Part shown: positions 36,522-50,321 of the stretch, piece by piece | How positions within the stretch are numbered: position 1 is the first letter of the stretch | Layout of the letters: each line of letters opens with the position of its first letter | DNA from: Octopus sinensis | Taxonomy: Eukaryota | Assembly: GCF_006345805.1 (NCBI RefSeq) | Contig: NC_043023.1 | Span: forward strand, 19,716,001 to 19,780,000 | Length of the DNA stretch: 64,000 nt | Direction: 5' to 3' | Position numbers and translations under genes: made by a program | Notes under the pieces: generated by a model | The model's database searches: none | What the model saw: only the letters and a program-made list of their open reading frames with translations | What the model was told of the DNA's origin: nothing

Positions 36522-37414
36522 GGTACTAGTCTCGTAGACTGGACCCGGATTGCGCTCACGCGGAGGCACGCGTGCGCGCACTAGCCAGACGTAGGTACTC
36601 GATACTCGATCCTACGACGTGGCATGCGCTGTGCGCGATTCTCGCATGCGCGTTTTACCCCCCCCCCCCCGCAATTTCACTACGGAATTTTTTTTTTTTT
36701 TTTTAATTCGGATTTTGTTTCTTATAGCGGTTTAAAGGACACAAAATATTCAACATATATATATATATGGTCGTTCAGTTAAAAGGAAAAAAATTTTTTT
36801 TTAACATTCGTTACTTGGGTTTGTTTCGACCCGCTGCAATTTGAATTTTGGAAAAGTAAAAATTTTGCATTATGTAGTTTGTTATTGTGTTCAAGTGAAC
36901 ATTTTTCTGGTTGAAATACACCGAAAAGTGGCGACACAGCAGTGAAAAAATGTTTTTAAAAAATGTTAAAAAATAGGGATTTTCATAGAAGTACGCTACC
37001 AAAATTTAGCGACAGAAAATAAATTAAAAACCAATTCACCTTTTCTGTTGAGTTATGGCAATTCGACCATCGGTGTGTGTTTTGCAAATGTGTTCGAATG
37101 AGAAACTGAATATATCGAAACAAACCCAAACAACGAAACTTTAAAAAAAAATTTTTTCGGGGTGTGGGGGCTAACTGAACGACCATATATGTTGTATATT
37201 TTGTGTCCTTTAAACCGCTATAAGAAACAAAATCCGAATTTAAAAAAAAAAATTTTATCAGTGAAATTGCGGGTGGGGGTGGGTGGGGGGGGTAAACGCG
37301 CATACGTGAATCGGAAAAGCGCATGCGCAAGTCACGTCGTAGGATCGAGTATCGAGTACCTACGTCTGGCTAGCGCGTGTGCGCAAACCGGGTCCAGTCT
37401 ACGAGACTAGTACC
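36522..37414. mobile_element. GGTAC-family foldback element with about 260-nt imperfect TIRs
   Basis: GGTACTAGTCTCGTAGACTGGACCCGG at both ends; TSD decayed. Confidence 0.82.
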
Positions 37415-37499
37415 CGCATTTCTACCGGTATACGAAGTTTGAAAATGTTTAGTTACGTGGAAATTATTTTAAAAAACTGCCGGTCAAACGGAAAAGATC

Positions 37500-37893
37500 C
37501 GAAAAGATAAAGAAAATACAATAAGGAGAATGGGTGAGAGAGAATAACAGGGAGAATGAGAGAGGGGGAAAATACAGAGGAAGAGAGGGTAAAAGAATAC
37601 GAGAGAGAATGGGCGAGAGGGAAATACAGAGAGAGAGAGGGGGTAAAAGAATAAGAGACAGGAAAATACAGAGAGAGAGAGGGGGTAAAAGAATAAGAGA
37701 CAGGAAAATACAGAGAGAGAGAGGGGGTAAAAGAATAAGTGAGAGAATGAGAGAGGGGGAAAATACAGAGAGAGAGATAGGGTGAGAGAATAAAAGGGAG
37801 GATGGGAGAAGGGGAAATACTGATAGAAAAATACAGTGTGAGGAGGAAAAAGGGTGAGAGAGAGAGAGCATAAGGAGAATGGGTGAGAGAGAG
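37500..37893. repeat. Diverged GA-rich repeat related to the 52-mer at 41812-44400
   Basis: GAGAATG..GGAAATACAGAG..GGGTAAAAGAATA motifs. Confidence 0.75.
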
Positions 37894-40800
37894 TATTTCT
37901 TTATTCACCATAAGGTTGAGAAAAAGAGGGGACAAAACAAACGTTGGGGTCAGGGTATCGAATGAGACGAAACGTATGAATAAACAAACAATTAAAATAT
38001 ATACAATTAAATGAGAATGAGTGATTAACAAAAAATGAAGCGGAGGACGCGGTTGACCCCACAAACCACATCCTCACACTGAAGACTTTGCTTTCTCCTT
38101 TTTCACATTCTCGATTAAACAGGTTCTTTCACTCGCAACATACTTGCTGTAGACTTCCATCTTTTACGAAACACACTTTGCGACAGGCATTTCTTCTCCA
38201 GCCTTATTTTCCGTTTCATGTGGAAAACGAAAAAGTCGATTAGCTCGAGACTGGAGATAAACATGCCTGTTGCAATTCCTTTTACTCTCGTCTTCCACAC
38301 TACTTCTTTCGCCATAGCAACTACCGAGAGAAAACAGGCTCGCTCCTCCCTATTCAGGAAGGTCGGCGGAACTATCTTAATTACAGATTCGCTCGACAGT
38401 TGTACTCTTCTCGAATGCGACAGCAGGTGTTCGACATAAGTCCAGAGTTCAGTCACCTTGGGGCATTGCACAATCGCGTGCAGGACAGTTTCACTGTCCC
38501 TCTTACATCTTGCACAAACCGGCGAAGGTGCACACCCATGTCTAAAGAGCTTATCTCGAACCGGTAAAGCTCCTCTGTAACATTGCCAGGCCAGGGACTT
38601 TTGGTAATTATCCATAGGCCCCGGACCGAATGTTCTTTGGAACAGGCTGGCCAGTTGATTTTCGGCGAAGCCCAGAGTTTCTCCTAGGTCGTCGTCACAC
38701 TTAAACTCTACTAACCCTCTATAGAAGAACACGGTAGTAGCCCCGCCACCGGCGTTGCCCGACTGGGAGAGAAGCACGAGTGCCTGATAGCACTCTGCAT
38801 GCCACATGCCCAACCTCGGTCTACACTTGATCCATGGGTTCAGTTCGTTAAACGATGTGAACTGTGGAAATAACAGCTTGACAAACGGAGACCACACCTG
38901 CTCACCGTCCAGGTAAATCTAGAGGTGCCTAAGCCTGAGCGCATGTCTGCGCATTTTTAGCCACGGCATCCCTAACCCACCGTTCAGCGGCTTTTGGCAG
39001 CAAATAGAGCGCCTTACAAGAGGTCTGCTGCCCCTCACAAAAAAGCGAAAGAGCATGCGTTCCAGTTTGTTCAGCCACGAATCGGGGCAAGGCACTACGG
39101 TTAGGTGGTAAGTGATTACAGAGGCGATAAACACTTCTGCAACCTCCGCCTTCCCTTTCAAGGACAGATTCCGTTCAGACCATGTCTGAGTTAGGAGAAC
39201 CACCTTTCTCGCCACCTCGCTCCAATTCTTCTCTATCTGGAGATCTGGACCTAACCAGATCCCAAGCATTTTCACCGGTCCTTCCGTCCAACGTCCTACG
39301 ACGCTGTCGGAAGACATCGACTTGCCCCTCCAGGTGCCGAGTTGCAAGCCGACCGATTTATCCCGGTTGACTTTCGCTCCTGCCACCACCGCTTCGTAGT
39401 CCCTTAAGGCCTCACCCACCCACTGTAGGTGCTCGACTCGGGAAACGATGACGGTGATGTCGTCCGCATACGCCGAAGCTGACTTTCCGCACCCTAGATC
39501 TTGCGGGGTGCCTCTCATAGTTTCCAACCTCCTCAGCAACGGCTCGAGGGCCAAAACGTAGAGAAGCGGGGAGAGAGGACACCCTTGACGTACCGAACGT
39601 TCAATGCTGAACGGTTCCGAAAGGAAACCATTTACCCAAACTACCTATTCGATGTTGCTGTATAAAGCGATGATCCATCCGCGGAAGGTCGGGCCGAAGC
39701 CAGCCGCCGCGAGGACCGCCGCCAGATACTGATGGTCCACCCTATCAAACGCTTTCGATTGGTCCAAGTGGACCATAGCCCCACCCTTGCCAGGAATCCT
39801 ATTTACCCTTTCTAAGGCATAGCGTAGAAAGTGGAGATTGTCTTGGATGGTCCTTCCAGGGATGGCGCAAGTTTGCACCTCGCCAACAAGTTCACCCACG
39901 ACCCTCGCCAACCTTTTTGCTAAGACCTTGGCCACGATCTTCAACTCTGCGTTAAGCAGAGTGATAGGCCGGAAATTATCAATTAAATCCCCCTTGTTTG
40001 GGTCCTTTCTTAACAGCGCTACCACTCCTCGGCTCACAGACTTAGGAATTCTCCCGTTCTGCTGCCAGTTGGTGTACACGCATGCAAGTAGGTGCCCAAA
40101 CAAGTCTGGCATGCTACTATAGAGTTCGTAAGGCAGACCATCGAGTCCCGGCGATTTGTCCCCGCCGCATTCTGCCAACATATCCTTGACTTCTTTGGCT
40201 GTGATCGGCGCCTCACAAGATTTCGCGTCCGGCCCCGATAGACGCGGCGAACCGGCTAGGAAGTCTGCGAGCTTCTCCCCGCACTCCAGCTCGCTGCTCC
40301 TCCCGAATAGCTGGGCGAAATGATCATGAAACACCTTGCACATCTCCTCGGGTTCGTTTACTAATCGACCATTTGGGCCCGTCAAGGATCGAATGGTTGA
40401 GCTGTTGCCACGCTGGCCCTCTACCACCCGGGCCCATCCGGCTGCGTTGATCCCTTCCTGTCTCATTGCACGGATCTTAGCCCTGACAATGCACCCTTCA
40501 TGTTTAGCTTGGAGATGTTGGTCTAGTGCTAACCTCGCCGCTAACACTTTCGATGCACTGCCTGACCTCATTGCCTCCTCTATTGCCTTAACTAGTTCCT
40601 TTTCTACTTTGTTTCTAGCACTAGCTAGTTCTTTGCTAAACCTAATTGACTCAAATTTGATGGCTCTTTTCAGGGCGTACCACCATTTATTGTTGATAAT
40701 GGATCCGGTTAACGCCCTCATTACTAATTGTTTAATCCGATTCCTGTAGGCTTCACAGTCCAATAGTGACTTGTTTAGCTTCCAGTAACCGGTACCTCGT

Positions 40801-41812
40801 CTACACATGCTATCTATGTCGAGCGTACAGGTCACTAATTTGTGATCGCTGTAGCTGACGATATGGTGTTGTGGACAGCTAAGTATTTTCTTATCTTTCT
40901 TTCTAGTTATGATTCTATCGATATAAGATCTGGACGACCCGTCGTTTCTTGCCCAGGTCCACTCTGGAGTGTCTGGATGGTCCAGTCTGAATCTATCTGC
41001 CAATTCGAAACGACTTAGCATATCGTTGAGGTGAGGTAATCCCCTCGTATTCTTTCTCGAGCCAACATAATCTACGCTTGCATCGCAAATTATGTTGAAG
41101 TCACCTAGCAATACTAACGTGTTCGACACGCAAGAAAATTCTCTAGGCTTTTGAAATACTCTTTCTGCCCGGCTTTTCCTTCGCAGGGAGCATAGACAGC
41201 GACCAGCCTGAACACTTTACCACTGCTGTGCGTCACATCCAAAACGACCAACCTGCCTTCCGGATCTATAAAGACAGTTCTAATCTCTAAATCCAGGTTT
41301 TTCCTGACCAGCACTGCCACTCTTCCTCCCCCTCCAGGTCGACAGGGAGAAATGTATTTCTCGTAGCCGTTTAGAAGGGCCGAAAAAGCCTGCAGCCCAC
41401 TCAGTCTGGATTCGGTAATTACCACTACATCCAAACGATGCGACCTAAGGTCGTTAAGGAGGTAGCCTTGCTTCCAATACGACCCCAGGCCGCGAGTATT
41501 TATACAACCGAGTTTAAACGAGAATGTGAAAATTTAGTCGAATGTTTAAAACTTACTGTTTTAACGGAAGAGAGGGTGTAGTTTCACCCTCATCTTTTCT
41601 GTCTGTGAGTGTTGTGTTTTGCGAGGTTAGTTTTTTTGCGAATTGCTTGTACAGATGGCTTGAAAAGTTCATCTGTAACGGGCCTACATCCTCCGCTAAA
41701 GATTTTTTAATTTCAAAATAATCCGCGTTATCTATCGTATAAAATTCTACATTTTCGGATATAATACTATTTATATCTCTTGCGATATATTTTTTCGCCA
41801 ATTTCAGAAAAT
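37894..41812 (-). mobile_element. Tx1/L1-group non-LTR retrotransposon with near-complete but disrupted ORF2 (APE endonuclease, RT, C-terminal Cys/His region)
   Basis: INTRGL, ITE, GDFN, IDRI, SDH, GYWKLN, SPGLDG, FRPITLL, KAFDRV, VRQGCP, YADD, GALPVRDKL..C..C..ET..H...CP. Frameshifts near 41120, 39575 and 38910; TAG at 39645; AATAAA at 37900-37905. The frame at 41553-41810 may be an ORF1 remnant. Confidence 0.9.
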
Positions 41813-44400
41813 GGGAGAGAGAGGGAGGGTTAAAGAATAAGAGGGAGAATGAGAGAGAGGGAAATGCAGAGGGAGAGAGGGTAAGAGAATAACAGGGAGA
41901 ATGAGAGAGAGGGAAATGCAGAGGGAGAGAGGGTAAGAGAATAAGAGGGTGAATGAGAGAGAGGGAAATGCAGAGGGAGAGAGGGTAAGAGAATAAGAGG
42001 GAGAATGAGAGAGAGGGAAATGCAGAGGGAGAGAGGGTAAGAGAATAAGAGGGAGAATGGGAGAGAGGGAAATGCAGAGGGAGAGAGGGTAAGAGAATAA
42101 GAGGGAGAATGAGAGAGAGGGAAATGCAGAGGGAGAGAGGGTAAGAGAATAAGAGGGAGAATGGGAGAGAGGGAAATGCAGAGGGAGAGAGGGTAAGAGA
42201 ATAAGAGGGAGAATGAGAGAGAGGGAAATGCAGAGGGAGAGAGGGTAAGAGAATAAGAGGGAGAATGGGAGAGAGGGAAATGCAGAGGGAGAGAGGGTAA
42301 GAGAATAAGAGGGAGAATGGAGAGAGGGAAATGCAGAGGGAGAGAGGGTAAGAGAATAAGAGGGAGAATGGGAGAGAGGGTAAGAGAATAAGAGGGAGAA
42401 TGAGAGAGAGGGAAATGCAGAGGGAGAGAGGGTAAGAGAATAAGAGGGAGAATGGGAGAGAGGGAAATGCAGAGGGAGAGAGGGTAAGAGAATAAGAGGG
42501 AGAATGAGAGAGAGGGAAATGCAGAGGGAGAGAGGGTAAGAGAATAAGAGGGAGAATGGGAGAGAGGAAATGCAGAGGGAGAGGAGGGTGAGAGAATAAG
42601 AGGGAGAATGAGAGAGAGGGAAATGCAGAGGAGAGAGGGTGAGAGAATAAGTGGGAGAATGAGAGAGAGGGAAATGCAGAGGGAGAGAGGGTAAGAGAAT
42701 AACAGGGAGAATGGGAGAGAGGGAAATGCAGAGGGAGAGAGGGTAAGAGAATAAGAGGGAGAATGAGAGAGAGGGAAATGCAGAGGGAGAGAGGGTAAGA
42801 GAATAAGAGGGAGAATGAGAGAGAGGGAAATGCAGAGGGAGAGAGGGTGAGAGAATAAGAGGGAGAATGAGAGAGAGGGAAATGCAGAGGGAGAGAGAGG
42901 GTAAGAGAATAAGAGGGAGAATGAGAGAGAGGGAAATGCAGAGGGAGAGAGGGTAAGAGAATAAGAGGGAGAATGGGAGAGAGGGAAATGCAGAGGGAGA
43001 GAGGGTAAGAGAATAAGAGGGAGAATGAGAGAGAGGGAAATGCAGAGGGAGAGAGGGTGAGAGAATAAGAGGGAGAATGAGAGAGAGGGAAATGCAGAGG
43101 GAGAGAGGGTAAGAGAATAAGAGGGAGAATGAGAGAGAGGGAAATGCAGAGGAGAGAGGGGTAAGAGAATAAGAGGAGAATGAGGGAGAGGAAATGCAGA
43201 GGGAGAGAGGGTAAGAGAATAAGAGGGAGAATGAGAGAGAGGGAAATGCAGAGGGAGAGAGGGTAAGAGAATAAGAGGGAGAATGAGAGAGAGGGAAATG
43301 CAGAGGGAGAGAGGGTGAGAGAATAAGAGGGAGAATGAGAGAGAGGGAAATGCAGAGGGAGAGAGGGTAAGAGAATAAGAGGGAGAATGAGAAAGAGGGA
43401 AATGCAGAGGGAGAGAGGGTAAGAGAATAAGAGGGAGAATGGGAGAGAGGGAAATGCAGTGGGAGAGAGGGTAAGAGAATAAGAGGGAGAATGAGAGAGA
43501 GGGAAATGCAGAGGGAGAGAGGGTGAGAGAATAAGAGGGAGAATGAGAGAGAGGGAAATGCAGAGGGAGAGAGGGTAAGAGAATAAGAGGGAGAATGAGA
43601 GAGAGGGAAATGCAGAGGGGAGAGAGGAGAGAGGGTAGAGAATAAGAGGGAGAATGGGAGAGAGGGAAATGCAGAGGAGAGAGGGTAAGGTAAGAGAATA
43701 AGAGGGAGAATGAGAGAGAGGGAAATGCAGAGGGAGAGAGGGTGAGAGAATAAGAGGGAGAATGAGAGAGAGGGAAATGCAGAGGGAGAGAGGGTAAGAG
43801 AATAAGAGGGAGAATGAGAGAGAGGGAAATGCAGAGGGAGAGAGGGTAAGAGAATAAGAGGGAGAATGGGAGAGAGGGAAATGCAGAGGGAGAGAGGGTA
43901 AGAGAATAAGAGGGAGAATGAGAGAGAGGGAAATGCAGAGGGAGAGAGGGTAAGAGAATAAGAGGGAGAATGAGAGAGAGGGAAATGCAGAGGGAGAGAG
44001 GGTAAGAGAATAAGAGGGAGAATGAGAGAGAGGGAAATGCAGAGGGAGAGAGGGTAAGAGAATAAGAGGGAGAATGGGAGAGAGGGAAATGCAGAGGGAG
44101 AGAGGGTAAGAGAATAAGAGGGAGAATGGGAGAGAGGGTAAGAGAATAAGAGGGAGAATGAGAAGAGGGAAAGCAGAGGGAGAGAGGGGAAGTAAGAGAA
44201 TAAGAGGAGAATGGGGAGAGAGAGGGAAATGCAGAAGAGAGAGGGTAAGAGAATAAGAGGGAGAATGAGAGAGAGGGAAATGCAGAGGGAGAGAGGGTAA
44301 GAGAATAAGAGGGAGAATGGGTGAGAGGGAAATGCAGAGGGAGAGAGGGTAAGAGAATAAGAGGGAGAATGGGAGAGAGGGAAATGCAGAGGGAGAGAAA
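41812..44400. repeat. 52-nt purine-rich minisatellite, about 50 copies
   Basis: Period 52 (41951 to 42003); unit GAATGAGAGAGAGGGAAATGCAGAGGGAGAGAGGGTAAGAGAATAAGAGGGA. Confidence 0.96.
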
Positions 44401-45325
44401 GTACATACACACATACATAAATACGTACATATAAACACGTACGTACATACACACAAACATACATACATACACACACATACAGACATAAATACATACATAC
44501 GTGTGTATGTATGTATATGTGTATGTATGTGTGTATGTTGGTGTGTATGTATGTATTATGTATGTATGTATGTATGTACATACATACACACATACATTCA
44601 TACATACACACACATACATACATACATACGTACATACATACACAAATACATACATACATACATACATACACACATACATACATACATACATACACACATA
44701 CATACATACATACATACATACATACAAACACACACATACATACATATATACATACACACATACATACATACGTACATTCATACACACATACAAACATATG
44801 TACATACATACATACACACATATATACATACATACATACATACATACGTACACACACATACATACATACACACATATATACATACATATATATATATACA
44901 TACACACATATATACATACACACACAAATACATACATAAATACATACAGTACATACATACATACATACACATATACACACATACATACACACATATGTAC
45001 ATACATACATATATACATGCATACATAAATACATACACATATACATACATACATACGTTCACACACATACATACATACACACATACGCACATACATACAC
45101 ACATACATAAACTCTCCCTCTCTCTCTTCTTCTCTCTCTCTCCCTCTTTTCTCCCTCCACCTGTCTCCCCTCTCCCTCCCCCTCTCTCCTTCCCTCGCTC
45201 TCTCTTCCCCTGTCTCCTCTCTCTCTCTCCCTCCCTCCCTCTGTCTCTCTCCCTCTGTCTCTCTTTCTCACTCTCTCTCCCTCTTTCTCTCTCTCTCTCT
45301 CTCTCTCCCCCTCTCTCTCTCTCTC
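44401..45325. repeat. (TACA)n/(TATG)n tract followed by (CT)n
   Basis: Seen directly. Confidence 0.95.
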
Positions 45326-45326
45326 A

Positions 45327-45455
45327 GTCATCACTGAATGCTTTCATGGTATGTAATAGGCCTTCAAGCTCATTCTTGTCTTTGCCTAAGAGTTTTAAGT
45401 CATCCATACACAATAGATGGCTTATTTTCTCATTGTCCATTTTATACCCGTACCC
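45327..45455 (-). mobile_element. Degraded non-LTR RT fragment, R4/Dong-like
   Basis: GYKMDNEKISHLLCMDDLKLLGKDKNELEGLLHTMKAFSDD resembles the HLLYMDDLKL motif. Confidence 0.65.
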
Positions 45456-45780
45456 AGAACTTCATTTCTTTATTGTCTTTAAAACTGGTAGATATTCTAT
45501 CGGTTTCTATGAGGGGAACAGCTATGTTATGAGGATGTAAACACAGCAACACTGGTGGTCAAGTGGGGTGGATGGACAAAGACACACACACACACACACA
45601 AATATATATATATCTATAATAATAGATTTGTTCTATTATATAGGCAGCGCTGTGACAACCTGAGACGCTGGGTATATATTATACTTTTGGAATTTCTCTC
45701 TGCTTAATTGACATTTCATAATGTCTTTGTTATTTTTATGATCCACATTTCATGGGTAATGATGAATATCTTGGAATCCC

Positions 45781-45880
45781 NNNNNNNNNNNNNNNNNNNN
45801 NNNNNNNNNNNNNNNNNNNNNNNNNNNNNNNNNNNNNNNNNNNNNNNNNNNNNNNNNNNNNNNNNNNNNNNNNNNNNNNN
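45781..45880. other. Assembly gap (100 N)
   Basis: Seen directly. Confidence 1.
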
Positions 45881-45943
45881 GTGTAGGGCTGGCGGGGTTC
45901 GTTTTGCAGAAAGATCAACTCGTTGATGATGAAATGACAAAGT

Positions 45944-45960
45944 TGACCTTTCGGTGACCT
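45944..45960 (-). promoter_or_regulatory. Perfect DR5 nuclear-receptor motif AGGTCA-CCGAA-AGGTCA
   Basis: Motif only; no functional evidence. Confidence 0.3.
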
Positions 45961-46214
45961 TTGCAGAAGTCAATTTAACAGTTTAATAGAGAAGATGGCA
46001 ACTGGGAGAATATGATTGAACAAGTTTTATACACACTGCACTTATGTTACATCATTAGCTGTGTGTGTGTGTATTATGTGTGTGTATGTATATGTGTATG
46101 TGCGTTTGTGAGTATATATGTGTGTGTGTCTGTATATGTATATGTGTGTGTGCGTGCATGTATATGTGTGTGTGCATCTGTATATGTATATATGCATGTG
46201 TGTGTGTGTATATA

Positions 46215-46600
46215 TGTGTATACTCTTTTATTTGTTTGTCATTTGACTGCGGCCATGCTGGGGCACCGCCTTTAATCGAGCAACTCGACCCCGGGACTTA
46301 TTCTTTTGTAAGCCCAGTACTTATTCTATCGGTCTCTTTTGCCGAACCACTATGTAACGGGGACATAAACACACCAGCATCGGTTGTCAAGCAATGCTAG
46401 GAGAACAAACACACACACGCTTATATATATACATATATACGACGGGCTTCTTTTCAGTTTCCGTCTACCAAATCGACTCACATGGCTTTGGTCGGCCAGG
46501 GGCTATAGCAGAAGACACTTGCCCAAGGTGCCACACAGTGGGACCGAACCCGGAACCATGTGGTTGGTAAACAAGCTACTTACCACACAGCCACTCCTGC
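46215..46600 (-). mobile_element. Bipartite tRNA SINE
   Basis: Family motifs present. Confidence 0.78.
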
Positions 46601-46970
46601 ACCTGTAAATTTCTCAGTACTTACTGGTTAATTAAAATCTTCAGTAGGTTTCCTAACCTAGCTGTTCCACAAATATTTAGATTATGAATAGATGACAGGC
46701 TTAAAAGCAAGTGTTGGGGTTTTTATGATTGATTAAACCCACCAAAGCAAAACCCTAGCATGGTCACAGCTCAATGATTTCAAGAGTAAACTACATAACC
46801 CACATATCATATACATAGCTTGAAATATCTTGCAGTATTTGGTGATAGACTTAATCCTCCACCCTTTTCTAAAATCCTCACCTGACATTCGGGGCCCTTT
46901 TAGGAGAGGATTTATCAGTTGTATGCAGTCCTGTTAGGCCTCCTGTTTGCGGGATATCTTTCTCCCACCC

Positions 46971-47338
46971 ACCAATTAGAGATTTTGGAAAATATAAAGG
47001 GTCATAACTGAGGGGTCTTCACACTTCTTTTTTGGCCATGACCAACCAATTAGAGATTTTGGAAAATATAAAGGGTCATAACTGAGGGGTCTTCACACTT
47101 CTTTTTTGGCCATGACCAACCAATTAGAGATTTTGGAAAATATAAAGGGTCATAACTGAGGGGTCTTCACGCTTCTTTTTTGGCCATGACCAACCAATTA
47201 GAGATTTTGGAAAATATAAAGGGTCATAACTGAGGGGTCTTCACGCTTCTTTTTTGGCCATGACCAACCAATTAGAGATTTTGGAAAATATAAAGGGTCA
47301 TAACTGAGGGGTCTTCACACTTCTTTTTTGGCCATGTC
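46971..47338. repeat. 74-nt tandem repeat, 5 copies
   Basis: CCAATTAGAG recurs at 46972, 47046, 47120 and onward. Confidence 0.93.
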
Positions 47339-47780
47339 CAGGTTGATCTGCAGTGGAATCAATCTTTTGAAATTTTTTTACAATTTTCGAGGCTGTTTTT
47401 TTTGTTACTATTAAGGATTTTTGCTATAGCTCTATTACTTTCGCATTCTTTGTGGATGGTCATGATTGTATTTTGGTCTATAGTCATTATTTAATTTATA
47501 AATCTGAATTTATTTTGCCTGAAACAAAAAGAAGACATACTAAGTTTTTATAATGATGTATAATTTTTATATCTTATCACATTCATTGATAGTTATTTAA
47601 TACTGAAACTTCAGTTGCCTAAATATCAGGAGACTCAGTATAAATGTATATAGTATTTTATTAAAGCCGAAAACAAACTGGCTGCGAGTGAGGATCCATT
47701 TATTTTTCAGATTAGTTTCTCAATCAGATTTAAATGCTCGTACATTGAACTGGTATCTACATTATGTGTGTGTGTTTGTG

Positions 47781-47817
<37 letters not shown>

Positions 47818-48029
47818 ATTTATTTATTATATAGAAGGAGCTTCTACAGGACTAGTACTGTTTCATTCAAGAGAATCTTCAGGAAGCTATTTAACAAGAA
47901 TTTATTAGCATTTATACATTTAGGCAGTTTAAAGGAGTGGTGGTGGGGTACTTTTTTGGGGTAGGCATAGCGCAAAATATCATACTTGGGGGAGTGGTCA
48001 AGGAGTCAGTGTAAGTTAGATGAAAGAAT

Positions 48030-49310
48030 AGATAAATAAAAAAAATAAAATAAAAAGTAAAAAAAAAAAAAAAAAAAAAATAAAAAAAAATAAAATAAAA
48101 TAAAAAAAAAATAAAATAAAAAAAAAATAAAATAAAAAAATATAAAAAAATATAAAAAAAATAAAATGTGTGCACATACATACATAAACACATATACATC
48201 ACACACACATACGTACACATGTGTGCCTATACATACCTACACCTACACACATACCTACATATATATATATATATAATATATATATATATATATACACAAT
48301 CAAATACAGGCCCATTCCCTAATTTTAATTTTATTATCTTCATTTATTACTTTTGTTATCTTTGATCGCTAGGGCTAAGGATCCTGGCGATGGCAGCATG
48401 TCCAATTGTCTGTCTACTAGAAGGCAAGTACTCGTTCCCGCATGCACACTCATTAGCACGTACATACACCCATTCGTACACTCATACACATACACGTACG
48501 CACGCGTTATATTCATACATACAAACATCTACATACGTTCACGTATATACACATACGTACTCGTACCTACAGATTCATGTCTACACTTTAGGAGGCTAGT
48601 CTATATATATACACCAATAAATATACTATATATATATTATATATATACATATATATATATACACATACACATACACACACACACACATATATACCTCACA
48701 TACAGATACATATGTATATATATATGTATATATATATATACACATACATCATATACATAATACAGACATATATACACACACACACATATATACATACACC
48801 ACATATATACATACACAACACATTATATATATACATACACACACAAACAAACACATTATATATACATAACACCACACACACATATATATTATACATACAT
48901 ACATACATACATATATATATATTCATAACATACATACATATATATATATATTCATACATACATACATATATATATTATACATACATACATACATATATAT
49001 ATAGTAGATATATATACACTACATACATATATATATCACATACATACATATACATAAATACAGACATATATACACACACACACATATATACATACACACA
49101 CATATATACATACACACACATATATATATATACATACACACACAAACACATATATATATATACATACACACACAAACACACATATATATATACATACATA
49201 CATACATACATATATATATATATATTCATACATACATACATATATATATATATTCATACATACATACATATATATATATATACATACATACATACATATA
49301 TATATATATT

Positions 49311-49341
<31 letters not shown>

Positions 49342-49389
49342 TCATACATATATACATACATACATATGTATATACATACATACGTACAT

Positions 49390-49424
<35 letters not shown>

Positions 49425-49465
49425 TACACACATACATACATACATACATATATATATATATATTC
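48030..49465. repeat. A-rich tract and (TA)/(CA)/(TACA) microsatellite complex
   Basis: Seen directly. Confidence 0.9.
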
Positions 49466-50282
49466 AGACTAACTGACATCGATGTGTCTTTTAGAAAAAT
49501 ATTGTTTAATGGTGTTTTCCCAACAATGAATCAAACTTTTCATTTTCATAGAAAAAAAGGTCTGTTCAAATGTCATTTTCTTCAAAAGTAAACTGGATTT
49601 TATATCTATACAAAGATGATGATGATGAGGCTTGTTTACATTGGCCCAAGACCATGGATTTGGAGATTGGTGAAAGGGAGAGAGATCTTTTAGGGGATTC
49701 TTGGGACCAATCACTGTAGAAAATGTAAGTTGTGAGCTTGATAATAATAGTAATAATAATAATAATAATAATAAACTGATTGGAAGTGTTATCATGTACA
49801 TTGTTTTGTCTTGGTATAAAAGATGGGCTACAGCAAATATTCTGCTCAATACCACAGATTTGCTTGTCAGTTGTTTGACCGTAACCAGTTGAGCATGTCC
49901 CTTAGTGGCTGACGATATGTGCATCTCTGATCACGAGCAGAAGTAGTGGGGAAGCATCATAGCCATGTGTCGAGAGGGATTCTTTGGGGTTTGAATAGTT
50001 CACCTCTGGAAACATGGGTGGTTCGTTCAACACCCTTAAACAATCCTTATTCAGGGACCTTTTGAGCAGGATGGGCTACTCGATCTGAAGAAAATTCTAA
50101 CTGGGCCCCACCTGCAAGGTCATGTGCTGTTTATCTTGATATGAGATCACCATGTCGCGCACATATAGTTGTGATGCATGTGCTTGGTGTACCCTTATCA
50201 GACAGGTAGTCATGATGGGTACAATGGGCTTTGTATATTTTACCCCAGCGTCACTTTGATGGCATGCTCTGCTCGCTCACTC

Positions 50283-50321
<39 letters not shown>

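Larger units (their letters stand above)
36118..37500. mobile_element. GGATC-family TIR element with two nested insertions
   Basis: GGATCTTTTCGGTTTCACCGG ... CCGGTCAAACGGAAAAGATCC; no TSD found. Confidence 0.78.

Noticed and set aside
37894-41812. Active LINE
   Set aside because: At least three frameshifts and one premature stop in this assembly, and no full ORF1; some lesions could be sequencing errors.
41553-45540. ORFs of about 1000 aa
   Set aside because: Stop-free translations of the 52-mer and TACA repeats; only 41553-41810 is non-repeat and may be an ORF1 remnant.
45920-45970. C/D snoRNA (ATGATGA)
   Set aside because: No matching box D with a terminal stem was found.
49760-50320. 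Possible extra gene (151-aa ORF at 49469-49924)
   Set aside because: Looks like an unclassified repeat with (AAT)n ends; no splice or motif support.
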